Made by a program: the position numbers and the translations under genes. A stretch of DNA of 64,000 nucleotides from an uncultured virus (IMG/VR IMGVR_UViG_3300002835_000042) (lineage: Duplodnaviria > Heunggongvirae > Uroviricota > Caudoviricetes): IMG/VR virus record IMGVR_UViG_3300002835_000042. One strand, written 5' to 3'. Every line of letters begins with the position of its first letter. Position 1 is the first letter of the stretch. Positions 29,329 to 39,916 of this stretch are shown here, piece by piece. The notes under the pieces are model-generated. The model was given only the letters and a program-made list of their open reading frames with translations. It was not told where the DNA came from and did no database searches.

Positions 29329-29991
29329 ATGGAAGTTTTTTTAAAAAAAGAGTTTGATAATGCTGGTTATAAAACTGAGGTTTTCCATGAGCATGTTTTG
29401 TTTATAGAAGATTTTATAACAAAAGAAGAACTTGAGACCATATTGAAAATAATTGAAATTACTCCAGAAGAAGACTGGATGATAGAGTATACAAAAAATC
29501 TTGCTAGGTTTTGTATGGAAAAGTTTGGAAGAGACGATGTTGATAACTTAGTTGCCGAAGGAAAGTTTGAAATTACTCAGGGCTGGGCAGACAAAAATTT
29601 AAACATTACAAGTGAGCCTATAAGCATAACTCTGCAGGGCAGATTAGGAAAACTTCTAGAGTTGGCAGATCCATCGTTAGAACTTGCTGGCTTTGGAACG
29701 CTGCAGAGAATGCAGGCTGGGGTTGAACTAAAGTCTCATACAGACCAACACACAGATCCATCAATTAGATATGCTGCTATACTATACATTAATGATGATT
29801 ACAAGGACGGAACTTTGTTTTTTAAAAATAAAGAAAATTCAGATATGAGACCAAATCCAGGAACATTACTTATTTTCCCAGGCAATGAAGAGTATGAGCA
29901 CGGAGTAAGATTTGTAGGAGAAGGGCCCATAAGATATGTTACTGTAGGATTTATGAAGGTAACAGGTTTTTATGAGAAAAATAAATACTAA
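29329..29991 (+). CDS. 2OG-Fe(II) oxygenase
   Basis: HTD...YINDDYKDG...HGV...RY. Confidence 0.9.
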   Translation: MEVFLKKEFDNAGYKTEVFHEHVLFIEDFITKEELETILKIIEITPEEDWMIEYTKNLARFCMEKFGRDDVDNLVAEGKFEITQGWADKNLNITSEPISITLQGRLGKLLELADPSLELAGFGTLQRMQAGVELKSHTDQHTDPSIRYAAILYINDDYKDGTLFFKNKENSDMRPNPGTLLIFPGNEEYEHGVRFVGEGPIRYVTVGFMKVTGFYEKNKY

Positions 29992-30002
29992 GGAGACACA
30001 AA

Positions 30003-30632
30003 ATGGACAGAGAAATACTTGAGGAAAAGGTTTACTATTACACAAATGTAATTGAAGACCCAAAGAAACTTGTTGATGCAATTGAAAATGACAACAAGGA
30101 TCCTTGGGGAGAATGGCTAACCTGTAGCGGTCAGCACTATGTCTACGGAACAGATAAGACTATTGCATTAACTCCAGATGCCGATGAAAAAAATAAATAC
30201 ATATATGAAACATTGCAAAAAGCCTTTGACGATGTAGCAAGAGACTATGCTAAAGCGCAAGGTATTACAGATGAGCCAAAACTGTTTCCTCAATATCCAA
30301 TTAAAAAATATCAACCAGGAACATTTATGGGGGCACACTTTGATCAGCAAGAAGGAGATGGAAGATTAAAAGTATCTTTTGTTATGTATTTAAATGACGA
30401 TTACGAAGGTGGAGAACTATCTTTTACTATTGCTTCTCCAGATGGTGTTTTACAGAACTCAAGCCCAGAGCCAGATTTTACAGAAGCAGAAAAAAATAAA
30501 AGTTTTAGTTTTGCCATTAAGCCAAAGGCTGGAAGCATCATTGTATTTCCACCATCCCCACCATACCACCACACTGCTCACCTAGTTAAGAGTGGCGAAA
30601 AAATAATGGTTCCGCAGCATTGGATTCACTAA
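30003..30632 (+). CDS. 2OG-Fe(II) oxygenase
   Basis: HFD...YLNDDYEGGE...HTAH...K. Confidence 0.9.
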   Translation: MDREILEEKVYYYTNVIEDPKKLVDAIENDNKDPWGEWLTCSGQHYVYGTDKTIALTPDADEKNKYIYETLQKAFDDVARDYAKAQGITDEPKLFPQYPIKKYQPGTFMGAHFDQQEGDGRLKVSFVMYLNDDYEGGELSFTIASPDGVLQNSSPEPDFTEAEKNKSFSFAIKPKAGSIIVFPPSPPYHHTAHLVKSGEKIMVPQHWIH

Positions 30633-31327
30633 TGATTAAAACCATACTGCACGATAAGGTATATTATTACGAAGATGCTGTAAAAAATTTTAATGAAGTA
30701 ATGAGTTCTTTGTCTGAGTTAGAAGATGTATACACAAATGATGGCAAAAAAATGTGGGAGACTTGGACAGCATCAAATGACAAAGATCATGTATACGGAG
30801 ACACAATGTCATTTAACGTAGATTTTATCAATACTCTTGATGATTTATATAAAGATAAAATGCTTTTTATTTACAACAATATAATGGACTCGTTTTATGC
30901 TGTCTCTAAAGACTATGCAGAATCTATTGGCGACTATGAAGAGCCAAATCTTTTCCCAACCTTTAACATAAAAAAATATTATACTGGAACCTATATGGGT
31001 CCCCACTTTGATCAACTTGATGGTGATAAAACACTAAGATACTCTTTAGTTATGTATCTAAATGATGATTTTAAGGGCGGAGAAATATCTTTTAGTTTAA
31101 AAGATTATGAAAACAATGACACAGAGATAAAACCTAACGAAGACTATGAAGATGAACTAAACAGCAAAATAATTGATTTTGGGATTAAGCCAAAAGCAGG
31201 AAGCATTATTATTTTTCCATCTTCTGCTCCATACTATCACACAGCACATTTGGTAAAGAGTAAGTTTAAGTATATGGTTCCATCTCACTGGATTCACAAC
31301 AATATGGAATTTCATAGGTCTATGTAG
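30632..31327 (+). CDS. 2OG-Fe(II) oxygenase (tandem paralog of 30003)
   Basis: HFD...YLNDDFKGGE...HTAH...KY. Confidence 0.9.
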   Translation: MIKTILHDKVYYYEDAVKNFNEVMSSLSELEDVYTNDGKKMWETWTASNDKDHVYGDTMSFNVDFINTLDDLYKDKMLFIYNNIMDSFYAVSKDYAESIGDYEEPNLFPTFNIKKYYTGTYMGPHFDQLDGDKTLRYSLVMYLNDDFKGGEISFSLKDYENNDTEIKPNEDYEDELNSKIIDFGIKPKAGSIIIFPSSAPYYHTAHLVKSKFKYMVPSHWIHNNMEFHRSM

Positions 31328-31989
31328 TGAAAACGGCAATTGTTACAGGGGCAAGTAAAGGTGTTGGCTATGCAACTGTAAAACTTTTATCTGAAAGTGG
31401 ATATAAAGTTATTGCTGTATCAAGAGACTTGTCAAAAGTTTCAGGACTCGTTGGAGATAGCGTAGAAGTTTATCAGATGGACATTACAAATGCTAACGAA
31501 ATAAAGAAGTTTTATGACAAGTATAAAGATATAACCCTAGATCTTTTGGTAAACAATGCAGGAGGAGGCTCTGGGCCAACTAGCATTATAAATGAAACAA
31601 TGGATAACTTTAGAAGAGCGTACGACATAAATGTGTCTGGGCCAATGTATTTGTCTCAACTGTTTGTTTCTTGTATGAAAAAATCAGAGTCTGCCACTAT
31701 TATATTCATCAGTTCTCTTGGAGGAAAGTTTCCTTACAGGTCAGGAGGAAACTATACAAATGCTAAAAGAGGAATGATGGCACTTGTTGATACAATGAGG
31801 CTAGAGTTTCCAGAGTATGGAATTAAAGTTACTGAAATTTGCCCAGGAACAATTGATACACAAGAAGAAAAAAGAGACATTGCTATAACTGCTGAAGATA
31901 TGGCTGAGTCTATAAGATGGGTAGCAAGTCTACCTAAACATGTTAACATAAACCATATAGAGATAAATCATATACTTAGTGGTAAATAA
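31327..31989 (+). CDS. Short-chain dehydrogenase/reductase (SDR)
   Basis: TGASKGVG, NNAG, S...YTNAK. Confidence 0.92.
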   Translation: MKTAIVTGASKGVGYATVKLLSESGYKVIAVSRDLSKVSGLVGDSVEVYQMDITNANEIKKFYDKYKDITLDLLVNNAGGGSGPTSIINETMDNFRRAYDINVSGPMYLSQLFVSCMKKSESATIIFISSLGGKFPYRSGGNYTNAKRGMMALVDTMRLEFPEYGIKVTEICPGTIDTQEEKRDIAITAEDMAESIRWVASLPKHVNINHIEINHILSGK

Positions 31990-31994
31990 TTTTT

Positions 31995-32030
31995 AACTCT
32001 CAACCTGTTATTTAGGGGAGAGTTTTACTT
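31995..32030 (+). terminator. Hairpin with T-rich tail after the oxygenase operon
   Basis: AACTCTC...GAGAGTT followed by TTACTTTT. Confidence 0.45.
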
Positions 32031-32088
32031 TTTGCAAAACTCTGCTATAATTAACACTTATTCCGTTTTTGAAAGGACGATACATATT

Positions 32089-34122
32089 ATGTCAGATTTT
32101 TTTAGTTTTAGACTTCCAGAAGACTTTGTAGAAAAGTATACAAAAGTTGAAAGTCCATTTGGATTTAAAGATGCAGCAGAAAATTCACTTGGAGAAATTA
32201 CTTTTATTCGTACTTACTCTAGAATGAAGGAAGATGGAACTAAAGAAAGATGGCACGAGGTTTGCCGTCGTGTAATCGAGGGTATGTATTCAGTTCAAAA
32301 AAATCATGCTAAAGAAAACCGTTTGCCTTGGAATGACTACAAGGCTCAGAAGTCAGCACAAGAAGCATATGACAGAATGTTTAATTTAAAATGGACACCG
32401 CCAGGTCGTGGTATGTGGGCATTTGGAACTCCTATGACTATGGAGAAGAAGAACTCAGCAGCCTTGCAAAACTGTGCAATGGTTTCAACAAAAGATCTTG
32501 ACAAGAATGATCCAGGAGCACTATTTGCTTGGGTTATGGATGCCCTTATGCTTGGCATTGGTGTAGGGTTTGACACAGTTGGACAGGATAAGAATTTCTC
32601 TATTTACTCTCCAACAGAGCCAGAGCAAGTTTTTGAGATTCCTGATACTCGTGAGGGATGGGTAGAATCGGTCAGAGTTTTGATTAATTCATATCTCAGA
32701 CCAAACCAGAACATACAGAAGTTTAACTATGACCTAATTAGGCCCCTAGGAGCCCCTATAAAGGGCTTTGGAGGCGTTGCATCAGGTCCTGCACCTCTTA
32801 TCAAGTTGCACAATCAGATAGACCGTGTAATAGGCTCCAGGGCTGGAGAAAGCCTAGACTCTCGTGCTATCGTAGACCTTGTAAATCTCATTGGTACCTG
32901 CGTGGTATCAGGTAACGTAAGACGCTCAGCAACCCTTGCTTTGGGTAGTGCGGGAGACGATGTGTTTATGAATTTAAAGAACTCTGAGTCATTTCCAGAG
33001 CGAAACTCATTTGATCCAGAAAATCCAGGGTGGGCGTGGATGTCTAACAACTCTATTTCAGCAGAGGTTGGAACAAAGTACGAAGATTATGTAGATTTAA
33101 TTACAGAAAACGGAGAACCAGGCTTTATCTGGCTTGATGTTGCTCGTAATTATGGACGACTAAAGGATGCGCCAGACGGTAAGGATTATCGTGTGATGGG
33201 ATTTAACCCATGTGCGGAGCAGCCATTGGAGTCATACGAATTATGCACACTTGTAGAAGTGCACTTGAATCGTCATGAATCCAAGGAGGACTTCCTGCGT
33301 ACCCTGAAGTTTGCATATCTTTATGGAAAGACTGTAACACTTGTTCCAACACACTGGCCACAAACAAACGGTATCATGCAACGCAATCGTCGTATTGGTA
33401 CATCACTCACTGGTATTGCATCATTTGCAGATCAGAAAGGCTTGCCAGCAGTTCGTGAGTGGATGGATGAAGGATATAACAAGATTCGTCACTACGATCA
33501 CCAGTACTCTGAATGGCTATGTGTTCGTGAGTCAATTCGTGTAACAACAGTAAAGCCATCAGGATCAGTTTCAATTCTTTCTGGTGCAACTCCTGGAGTT
33601 CACTGGGGACCTGGAGGAAACTTCTTCCTTCGTGCAGTTCGATTTGGAAACACGGATCCAATGATGCATCTGTTCAAAGCAGCAGGGTATACAATCGAAG
33701 ATGACGTAGTATCAGCAAACACATCAGTTGTATACTTCCCAATCAAGTCAGGGCATCCAAGATCTGAAAAGGATGTTACATTATTTGAAAAGATTGCACT
33801 TGCTGCAACTGCCCAAAAGTATTGGTCTGACAATGGTGTTTCAGTAACACTTTCATTTGATAAGGAAACAGAGTCAAAGCATGTTGTTCCAGCACTACAT
33901 ATGTACGAGGGACAATTGAAGGCAGTGTCATTCCTTCCAATGGGAAATACTGTTTATCCACAGCAGCCATATACTCAGATCACTGAAGAGCAGTATGAGT
34001 CGTATATTGGCAAATTAAAGCACATTGACTTTGGGGCAATCTACGACGGAGTAGATAATCTTGAGGCTCAAGGAGAAGCATATTGCACAACTGACTACTG
34101 TGAAATTAAAATAAATAAGTAG
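32089..34122 (+). CDS. nrdJ: Class II (adenosylcobalamin-dependent) ribonucleotide reductase, monomeric type
   Basis: PPGRG, LQNC, GNVRRSA, NPCAEQ, TTVKPSG, C-terminal C...C. Confidence 0.93.
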   Translation: MSDFFSFRLPEDFVEKYTKVESPFGFKDAAENSLGEITFIRTYSRMKEDGTKERWHEVCRRVIEGMYSVQKNHAKENRLPWNDYKAQKSAQEAYDRMFNLKWTPPGRGMWAFGTPMTMEKKNSAALQNCAMVSTKDLDKNDPGALFAWVMDALMLGIGVGFDTVGQDKNFSIYSPTEPEQVFEIPDTREGWVESVRVLINSYLRPNQNIQKFNYDLIRPLGAPIKGFGGVASGPAPLIKLHNQIDRVIGSRAGESLDSRAIVDLVNLIGTCVVSGNVRRSATLALGSAGDDVFMNLKNSESFPERNSFDPENPGWAWMSNNSISAEVGTKYEDYVDLITENGEPGFIWLDVARNYGRLKDAPDGKDYRVMGFNPCAEQPLESYELCTLVEVHLNRHESKEDFLRTLKFAYLYGKTVTLVPTHWPQTNGIMQRNRRIGTSLTGIASFADQKGLPAVREWMDEGYNKIRHYDHQYSEWLCVRESIRVTTVKPSGSVSILSGATPGVHWGPGGNFFLRAVRFGNTDPMMHLFKAAGYTIEDDVVSANTSVVYFPIKSGHPRSEKDVTLFEKIALAATAQKYWSDNGVSVTLSFDKETESKHVVPALHMYEGQLKAVSFLPMGNTVYPQQPYTQITEEQYESYIGKLKHIDFGAIYDGVDNLEAQGEAYCTTDYCEIKINK

Positions 34123-34147
34123 TCTTCTGTGGTAAAATAGACTCATA

Positions 34148-37100
34148 ATGTCTACTCCATCAAACCTATACGCAGAGAAAGTGTTCGCAGAACACCCAAC
34201 TGGTCTTTGGGCTCTTGATGATAATGCAGACTATATTTCTTTAATTTCTGAGCAACAAAGAAACCTCTCTAACTGGACGATTACTGGCGGTACCCATCAA
34301 GAGTATTCGGACTCAATAGGCCAACCATTTATAAATAGTTATGTAGGTAAAATTACAGCAACTCCAACTAGTGATGAGACAGCATCTATTGTTGCAATAA
34401 GCAATGAAATTATGGACTTGAGAGATTTAAATACATACCTAAAAACATTTTCTATCGGAGGTTATTTTTATTCTGAAAGTTCTTACATTTCTGGTTTTGA
34501 AATTGGCTATCAATATGAAGATACTACCAGTGGACAGATTGTTAGACATTTAAAAAATTATGACACCGTTATAAATAATAGTTGGGTTTTTATATCAGAA
34601 ACATTTGATACACCTCCAGACGACTCAACAATACAACTAGTATTCAAAATTAACTTTGTTGGAGGCTCGGAAATAGGTGACGCATTCTTAGTAAACGGAA
34701 TAAGTTTTGGTCAGTGGTCAGAAGAGTTTTCTTCAACTTCTCTTGGAGTCACAAAAATTGATATTCCTTCAACAATTGCACTTGCTCCACAAAAAGGCCT
34801 TGTTGCAAAATGTTATGGATTACAAGAACTCGATGCCTACTATTTGGCTTCTGACAATATGCTTAAAGCAAAAAATTTAAGCATTCCGATGGTTTATGGA
34901 GCATCCAGCCTAACAGCATTGTATCCAAATGGATCAGATCCATCCCTTATAATTCCTGGAGTAGGACTTTTGAATGAATCTGGAAAATTTAAAGAGTATA
35001 CTCTTGAAACTTGGTTAAGGATAAACTCTTACACAAATCAAACAAAAAGAATTATAGGACCAATATCTTCAGATGACGGAATATATGTTGATGGGCCTTC
35101 AATAGGACTTAAGGTTGGTAGTGAGTATAGAACTTACTATGTTGGAGAGTGGACAAGGCCAATGCTAGTTCACTTAAGAATTGGAAAAGATGTTGCATCT
35201 CTTGTCATTAATGGGCAAGAAGTTATATCTTTAGATTATGACAGAGAAACTATTTCTTTTCCAGAAATGTTAAATGAAAATCAAAAAAGTCAGGATTGGA
35301 TAGGATTTTATGCACACGAAGATGTTTATCCAATAGAGATTGATTGCGTTGGAATTTACCCGTATGTAGTTGCAACCGCTATGGCAAAAAGAAGATTTGT
35401 TTTTGGTCAGGGCGTAGAAATACCAGAAAACATTAATACATCATATAGCGGAACTTCAGTATTTATTGATTATGCTTTTGCAGATTATACTGCCAATTAT
35501 TCTTACCCAAAAGTTGGGTCTTGGCAACAAGCGTTTAACGATAACACATCAATTGTTAATAAATCTTTATCTGTACCATCTGGACCTCTTCCAGAAATAT
35601 TTTTATCATCAAAAACACAAGAAGAGTTGTTGTTAGATTGTAAGGTAGCACAATCATCGGATACGGAAAACTTTTTTTCTTTTAGACCCAACTCAACCTG
35701 GAATTCTGTTTCTGGATATTTGTTTTTTGAAAACTTTGATTTTTTAAAAACTCCAATATCTGCATTTTATGGCTGCATGAGATTACCAGAGTCATCTCCT
35801 ACTACTCAGACACTTTTTAGAATTGAAAAAGAAAACACTAATAGTTATTTTGCAATAGAATTAATCAACAATCAAATATCATACTCTATAAATTATGACG
35901 GAGTTTTAGAAACGATATACTCTCCAACTATCGCAGAGCCTGGAGAATTAGTTGATATTGGACTAAATATTCCAGTGTTTGTTTCTAGGTTTGGAAATCC
36001 AGCGTCAGACTTTTTCGGATCTTTATCAGATTTAAGATTGTATGTAGGCGGTAAAAAAGACGAAACTTCTACATTCACTGGAAAAATATACAAGATCGGA
36101 TTTTGCACAAAATACAACTTTCAAAAAATTAGGTCATTGTTTAATGAGATAGGTGTTCCAGTTTGGAACGAAGATCTATTTGCTGTATATCAAAACAATC
36201 AATTAATAAATATAGATGGTGGAATAGACACAACATCTATGCCACCATATGGAGGAACAACAGATACGGCAAATGGCGCTATATCTGGTGGCAATGTCTT
36301 TATATCTGATGAAGATTTTCTTATGGATCATGTGGCAAGTTACACTCTTGTTCCAGATCAAATTTTTGATACATACAGTCTAACAGTGTCTGCAAACGCA
36401 TATTGGGAAGATCAAATTCCTTTAACATATTTTGCTGAATCAGTTTTAGATAAAAGAGGGGATCAGTATTTTGACCTTGACTTTATACAGTTTAACATAG
36501 ACTATCCAATACCATCAAAAACAATTGCAATAGAGACTGAACCAGTTGACTGGACATATGCAGAACTTGCCAATGAGTATGGTCTGCCATTTCAAAGAAC
36601 TTACGAATCACTTGATAACTATTTGTTTACTGGGTATAACGATTATGAAGACCTAAAAAACAAAATAGCCAAAGACTATAGGTATGACACAGACGGGGCA
36701 ATTGTAAAAACTTATGTCACATTTCAATACACAGAATTAGGTGCAAATCAAACACCATTTTATTTTACAAAAACAGAAAGGCCTTCCAGAAATGGAATAT
36801 TGGTTCCTGGCTTAGACTGGATGACAACAAAATATGAGGTTGTTGACAACATGATAATTTATCCACCAGTAGGTGTAGATTTTAATGATCTTTCTATTGT
36901 AACCCATATCGACATAAATGTTAAAAATTCCTCAACGCATAATGTTAATATTAAAAAACTTTCTTATGCATCTCAAGCATTAAATGAGTCGGATGCAAGC
37001 CCAATAGGAACTAGGTTTGGAACACCTATATACCCATATACTAAAACTGGGATTTACTATAACTTTAAAAAGAATAATCCATTTTCAATATATACTGGAT

Positions 37101-37864
37101 CATCTCCATATTTGTACCTTACAAAAACAAGTGGAGTTCAAATAAAAGGACAGTACGATCCCCTTGTTAATCGTGGCTTATCTATTCCAATGAACACGAG
37201 CAGAGCAAGCAACTTTAAAGTAATTGCAATGCAAATGGCTGTTAGATTTGATGGAGACTACTTCCCATACGCACCAACTCAAATATTTGAGGTAGAAAGC
37301 AAAGGGTCTTACCTAAAGTTCTATATGGTTGCAAATGACCCAAGTGGAAGAAGAGCAAAAATATATGCAATTGATGCAAAAACTGGCTTAGTTCAGGACG
37401 GAATTGGGTTTTATTGGAATGGAAAAATTGTAAAAGAGCCAGTGCTAACCCTTCAAGAGTGGGGATTCTTAGGTATTAATTTTGCAGACAGTCTTGACTT
37501 TTCATTTTTTGAAGGGGCAATAAGATTAACTGGACCACTACTATTTAATAGCATTTCTTACTACCAGTCAACAAACCTTCAAGAAGTCCAGAACATATCA
37601 GAAAGGCCATGGTTTAGAGTAAAGGTTTTGTCTGGCCTTGGCTTAGACTGGGAGTTCTGGAATACTGGGTCATTTAACTGGAACAAAGTTCTGGTTTTAG
37701 CGGAGACTAGTTATTATGGAGTAAATCCGTCAGAGGTATATAAGAGTTATACTGGAACAAACAAGTTAATTGTAGGAGACAACTTTCCATTGACAGTTGG
37801 AGATTATGCATACTCTTTGTATAATGACATATCCTGGAACAAGTTTACGGTTGATCCAGTTTAA
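34148..37864 (+). CDS. Large virion structural protein with LamG/ConA-like beta domains
   Basis: Y...VFAEHP...WALD start; YTLETWLRIN...LVINGQEV LamG-like pattern. Confidence 0.6.
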   Translation: MSTPSNLYAEKVFAEHPTGLWALDDNADYISLISEQQRNLSNWTITGGTHQEYSDSIGQPFINSYVGKITATPTSDETASIVAISNEIMDLRDLNTYLKTFSIGGYFYSESSYISGFEIGYQYEDTTSGQIVRHLKNYDTVINNSWVFISETFDTPPDDSTIQLVFKINFVGGSEIGDAFLVNGISFGQWSEEFSSTSLGVTKIDIPSTIALAPQKGLVAKCYGLQELDAYYLASDNMLKAKNLSIPMVYGASSLTALYPNGSDPSLIIPGVGLLNESGKFKEYTLETWLRINSYTNQTKRIIGPISSDDGIYVDGPSIGLKVGSEYRTYYVGEWTRPMLVHLRIGKDVASLVINGQEVISLDYDRETISFPEMLNENQKSQDWIGFYAHEDVYPIEIDCVGIYPYVVATAMAKRRFVFGQGVEIPENINTSYSGTSVFIDYAFADYTANYSYPKVGSWQQAFNDNTSIVNKSLSVPSGPLPEIFLSSKTQEELLLDCKVAQSSDTENFFSFRPNSTWNSVSGYLFFENFDFLKTPISAFYGCMRLPESSPTTQTLFRIEKENTNSYFAIELINNQISYSINYDGVLETIYSPTIAEPGELVDIGLNIPVFVSRFGNPASDFFGSLSDLRLYVGGKKDETSTFTGKIYKIGFCTKYNFQKIRSLFNEIGVPVWNEDLFAVYQNNQLINIDGGIDTTSMPPYGGTTDTANGAISGGNVFISDEDFLMDHVASYTLVPDQIFDTYSLTVSANAYWEDQIPLTYFAESVLDKRGDQYFDLDFIQFNIDYPIPSKTIAIETEPVDWTYAELANEYGLPFQRTYESLDNYLFTGYNDYEDLKNKIAKDYRYDTDGAIVKTYVTFQYTELGANQTPFYFTKTERPSRNGILVPGLDWMTTKYEVVDNMIIYPPVGVDFNDLSIVTHIDINVKNSSTHNVNIKKLSYASQALNESDASPIGTRFGTPIYPYTKTGIYYNFKKNNPFSIYTGSSPYLYLTKTSGVQIKGQYDPLVNRGLSIPMNTSRASNFKVIAMQMAVRFDGDYFPYAPTQIFEVESKGSYLKFYMVANDPSGRRAKIYAIDAKTGLVQDGIGFYWNGKIVKEPVLTLQEWGFLGINFADSLDFSFFEGAIRLTGPLLFNSISYYQSTNLQEVQNISERPWFRVKVLSGLGLDWEFWNTGSFNWNKVLVLAETSYYGVNPSEVYKSYTGTNKLIVGDNFPLTVGDYAYSLYNDISWNKFTVDPV

Positions 37865-37882
37865 TATGGTATACTTGTGGAT

Positions 37883-38269
37883 ATGGATTCATTAATAGAC
37901 CCAAAAACTGGTCAGCCAATTGTCAAAAATGTTAGACGCAGAGTCATTGAAAAAGACTATGACTGGGGTCTATACATTTATAAAAAAGCCAACGGAAGAT
38001 ATTTTTCAGACGGACACGGCTCTGTTTTAAATATTCCTTCTATGCGAGGGGACATTGCAAAAATTGCAGAATTAAAACAAGCAGCAATACACTATGGAGA
38101 TCCAGGAAATGGAACTGTAGAATTTATTGCTGGCTCATCTCGTGTATCTGAAGAAGAGTATAGCGAGCAGGTAGACAGAATGAAGTCTGGTTTGCTTCCT
38201 AATCTAAATGATCTTGGAGCAGTTCAAGCAGCAAAAGATACAATAGCATTGTATGGAGACGAGGAGTAA
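37883..38269 (+). CDS. Hypothetical protein preceding the portal
   Basis: ORF; leaderless after TGGTATACT. Confidence 0.7.
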   Translation: MDSLIDPKTGQPIVKNVRRRVIEKDYDWGLYIYKKANGRYFSDGHGSVLNIPSMRGDIAKIAELKQAAIHYGDPGNGTVEFIAGSSRVSEEEYSEQVDRMKSGLLPNLNDLGAVQAAKDTIALYGDEE

Positions 38270-38271
38270 TT

Positions 38272-39864
38272 ATGGAAGATAACGAAATTGTTATTGGAGC
38301 AAGCATTGATCGTGCAATTAGTAAGGACGATCCATTTTTAAACTCAGATCCTTTTAAGGGTAATTGGGAAACACTAAAAACTCTAGACGGTCTAGACTCA
38401 AACTTTAAAAGACGTATAAGCAGGTCTTCAACAAAGATGGTTGAGCCAACCCCACAATATACAACCGCAGCGCTGGCTGGAAAAAGCGGTATTGATGGAG
38501 CACAGTCAAAAGAGATAAACCCAGGCCTAGTATATGTAAACGGCTACGGAATGTTTGATGTTATTACACCACCATGGAACCTTTATGAATTAGCAAACTA
38601 TTACGACACCTCTTTTGCAAACCATGCAGCCATTGATGCAAAGGTAGAAAACATTGTTGGGCTTGGATACGAGTTTCATGTTTCTCAAAGAACAATGCTT
38701 CGCCTAGAGGCTTCAGAGGATAATAGTGCTACACAGAAGGCAAGAAAAAGAATTGAAAGAACAAAGATTGAAGCAAGAGAATGGCTAGAGTCACTTAATG
38801 ACGACGACTCTTTTACAGCAACCATGGAAAAGGTTTATACCGATCTTCAGTCAACTGGAAATGGCTATCTAGAAATTGGAAGAACAACTCGTGGAGAGAT
38901 TGGATACGTTGGACATATACCAGCAACCACAATGAGAGTTCGTAGAATTAAGGATGGCTATGTCCAGATTATTGGAAACAAGATTGTTTACTTCCGTAAC
39001 TTTGGAGCAAAAAATCCAAACCCACTAACAACAGACTCTAGACCAAACGAAATTATTCACTTTAAGCAATACTCACCTCTCAACACTTTCTACGGAGTGC
39101 CAGACATTATGTCAGCAATAAACTCCTTACACGGAGACTCACTTGCTTCACAATACAATATTGATTACTTCGCAAACAAGGCAGTGCCACGTTATGTTGT
39201 AACGTTAAAGGGTGCAAAACTTTCTGGAGATGCAGAAGATAAGATGTTCCGATTCTTGCAGACAAATCTCAGAGGGCAGTCACACAGAACGCTATATATT
39301 CCACTTCCAGGTGATAGCGAAAACAACAAGGTTGAATTTAAGATGGAACCTATCGAAGACGGTATACAGGATGGCTCATTTAAAGAGTATCGTAAACAAA
39401 ACCGTGATGACATCTTGGTAGCACACCAAGTTCCACTTTCTAAATTAGGTGGGGGCGATTCTGGATCTATTGCAGCAGCACTTGCACAGGATCGCACCTT
39501 CAAAGAGCAGGTTGCAAGACCTGCCCAAAGACAACTTGAAAAAATGATCAACAAGATTATTCGTGAGAAGACTGACATTGTTGAGTTTGTATTTAATGAA
39601 CTAACTCTTACTGATGAAATTGCACAATCTCAAATCCTTGAGAGGTATGTAAAGAATCAAATCATGACTCCTAACGAAGCACGAGTTGCTCTTGATATGC
39701 CACAGCGAGAAGGTGGGGACGAAGTCCTACAACTTAAGCCAGAGGCAGCAGCAGAAGCAAATACGACAAGAGCCAGGGATTCAGAAAGAACAAACAACAA
39801 CTCTGATAGTTCCTCTACCGTCGCTGGACGAAATCCAAAGGGCGAAGGAAGAAAAACTACCTAA
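38272..39864 (+). CDS. Portal protein
   Basis: GNGYLEI.R, EIIHFK, YGVP, YF.N.A.P, I..AHQVP, MTPNEAR..L. Confidence 0.93.
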   Translation: MEDNEIVIGASIDRAISKDDPFLNSDPFKGNWETLKTLDGLDSNFKRRISRSSTKMVEPTPQYTTAALAGKSGIDGAQSKEINPGLVYVNGYGMFDVITPPWNLYELANYYDTSFANHAAIDAKVENIVGLGYEFHVSQRTMLRLEASEDNSATQKARKRIERTKIEAREWLESLNDDDSFTATMEKVYTDLQSTGNGYLEIGRTTRGEIGYVGHIPATTMRVRRIKDGYVQIIGNKIVYFRNFGAKNPNPLTTDSRPNEIIHFKQYSPLNTFYGVPDIMSAINSLHGDSLASQYNIDYFANKAVPRYVVTLKGAKLSGDAEDKMFRFLQTNLRGQSHRTLYIPLPGDSENNKVEFKMEPIEDGIQDGSFKEYRKQNRDDILVAHQVPLSKLGGGDSGSIAAALAQDRTFKEQVARPAQRQLEKMINKIIREKTDIVEFVFNELTLTDEIAQSQILERYVKNQIMTPNEARVALDMPQREGGDEVLQLKPEAAAEANTTRARDSERTNNNSDSSSTVAGRNPKGEGRKTT

Positions 39865-39916
39865 TGTCCGATATGTCCAGAATGTGATACTTGTATAAAA
39901 TGGAGGGTATAATATA

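Noticed and set aside
32089..34122. Intein or intron in nrdJ
   Set aside because: Length and motifs are continuous; no splicing signatures seen
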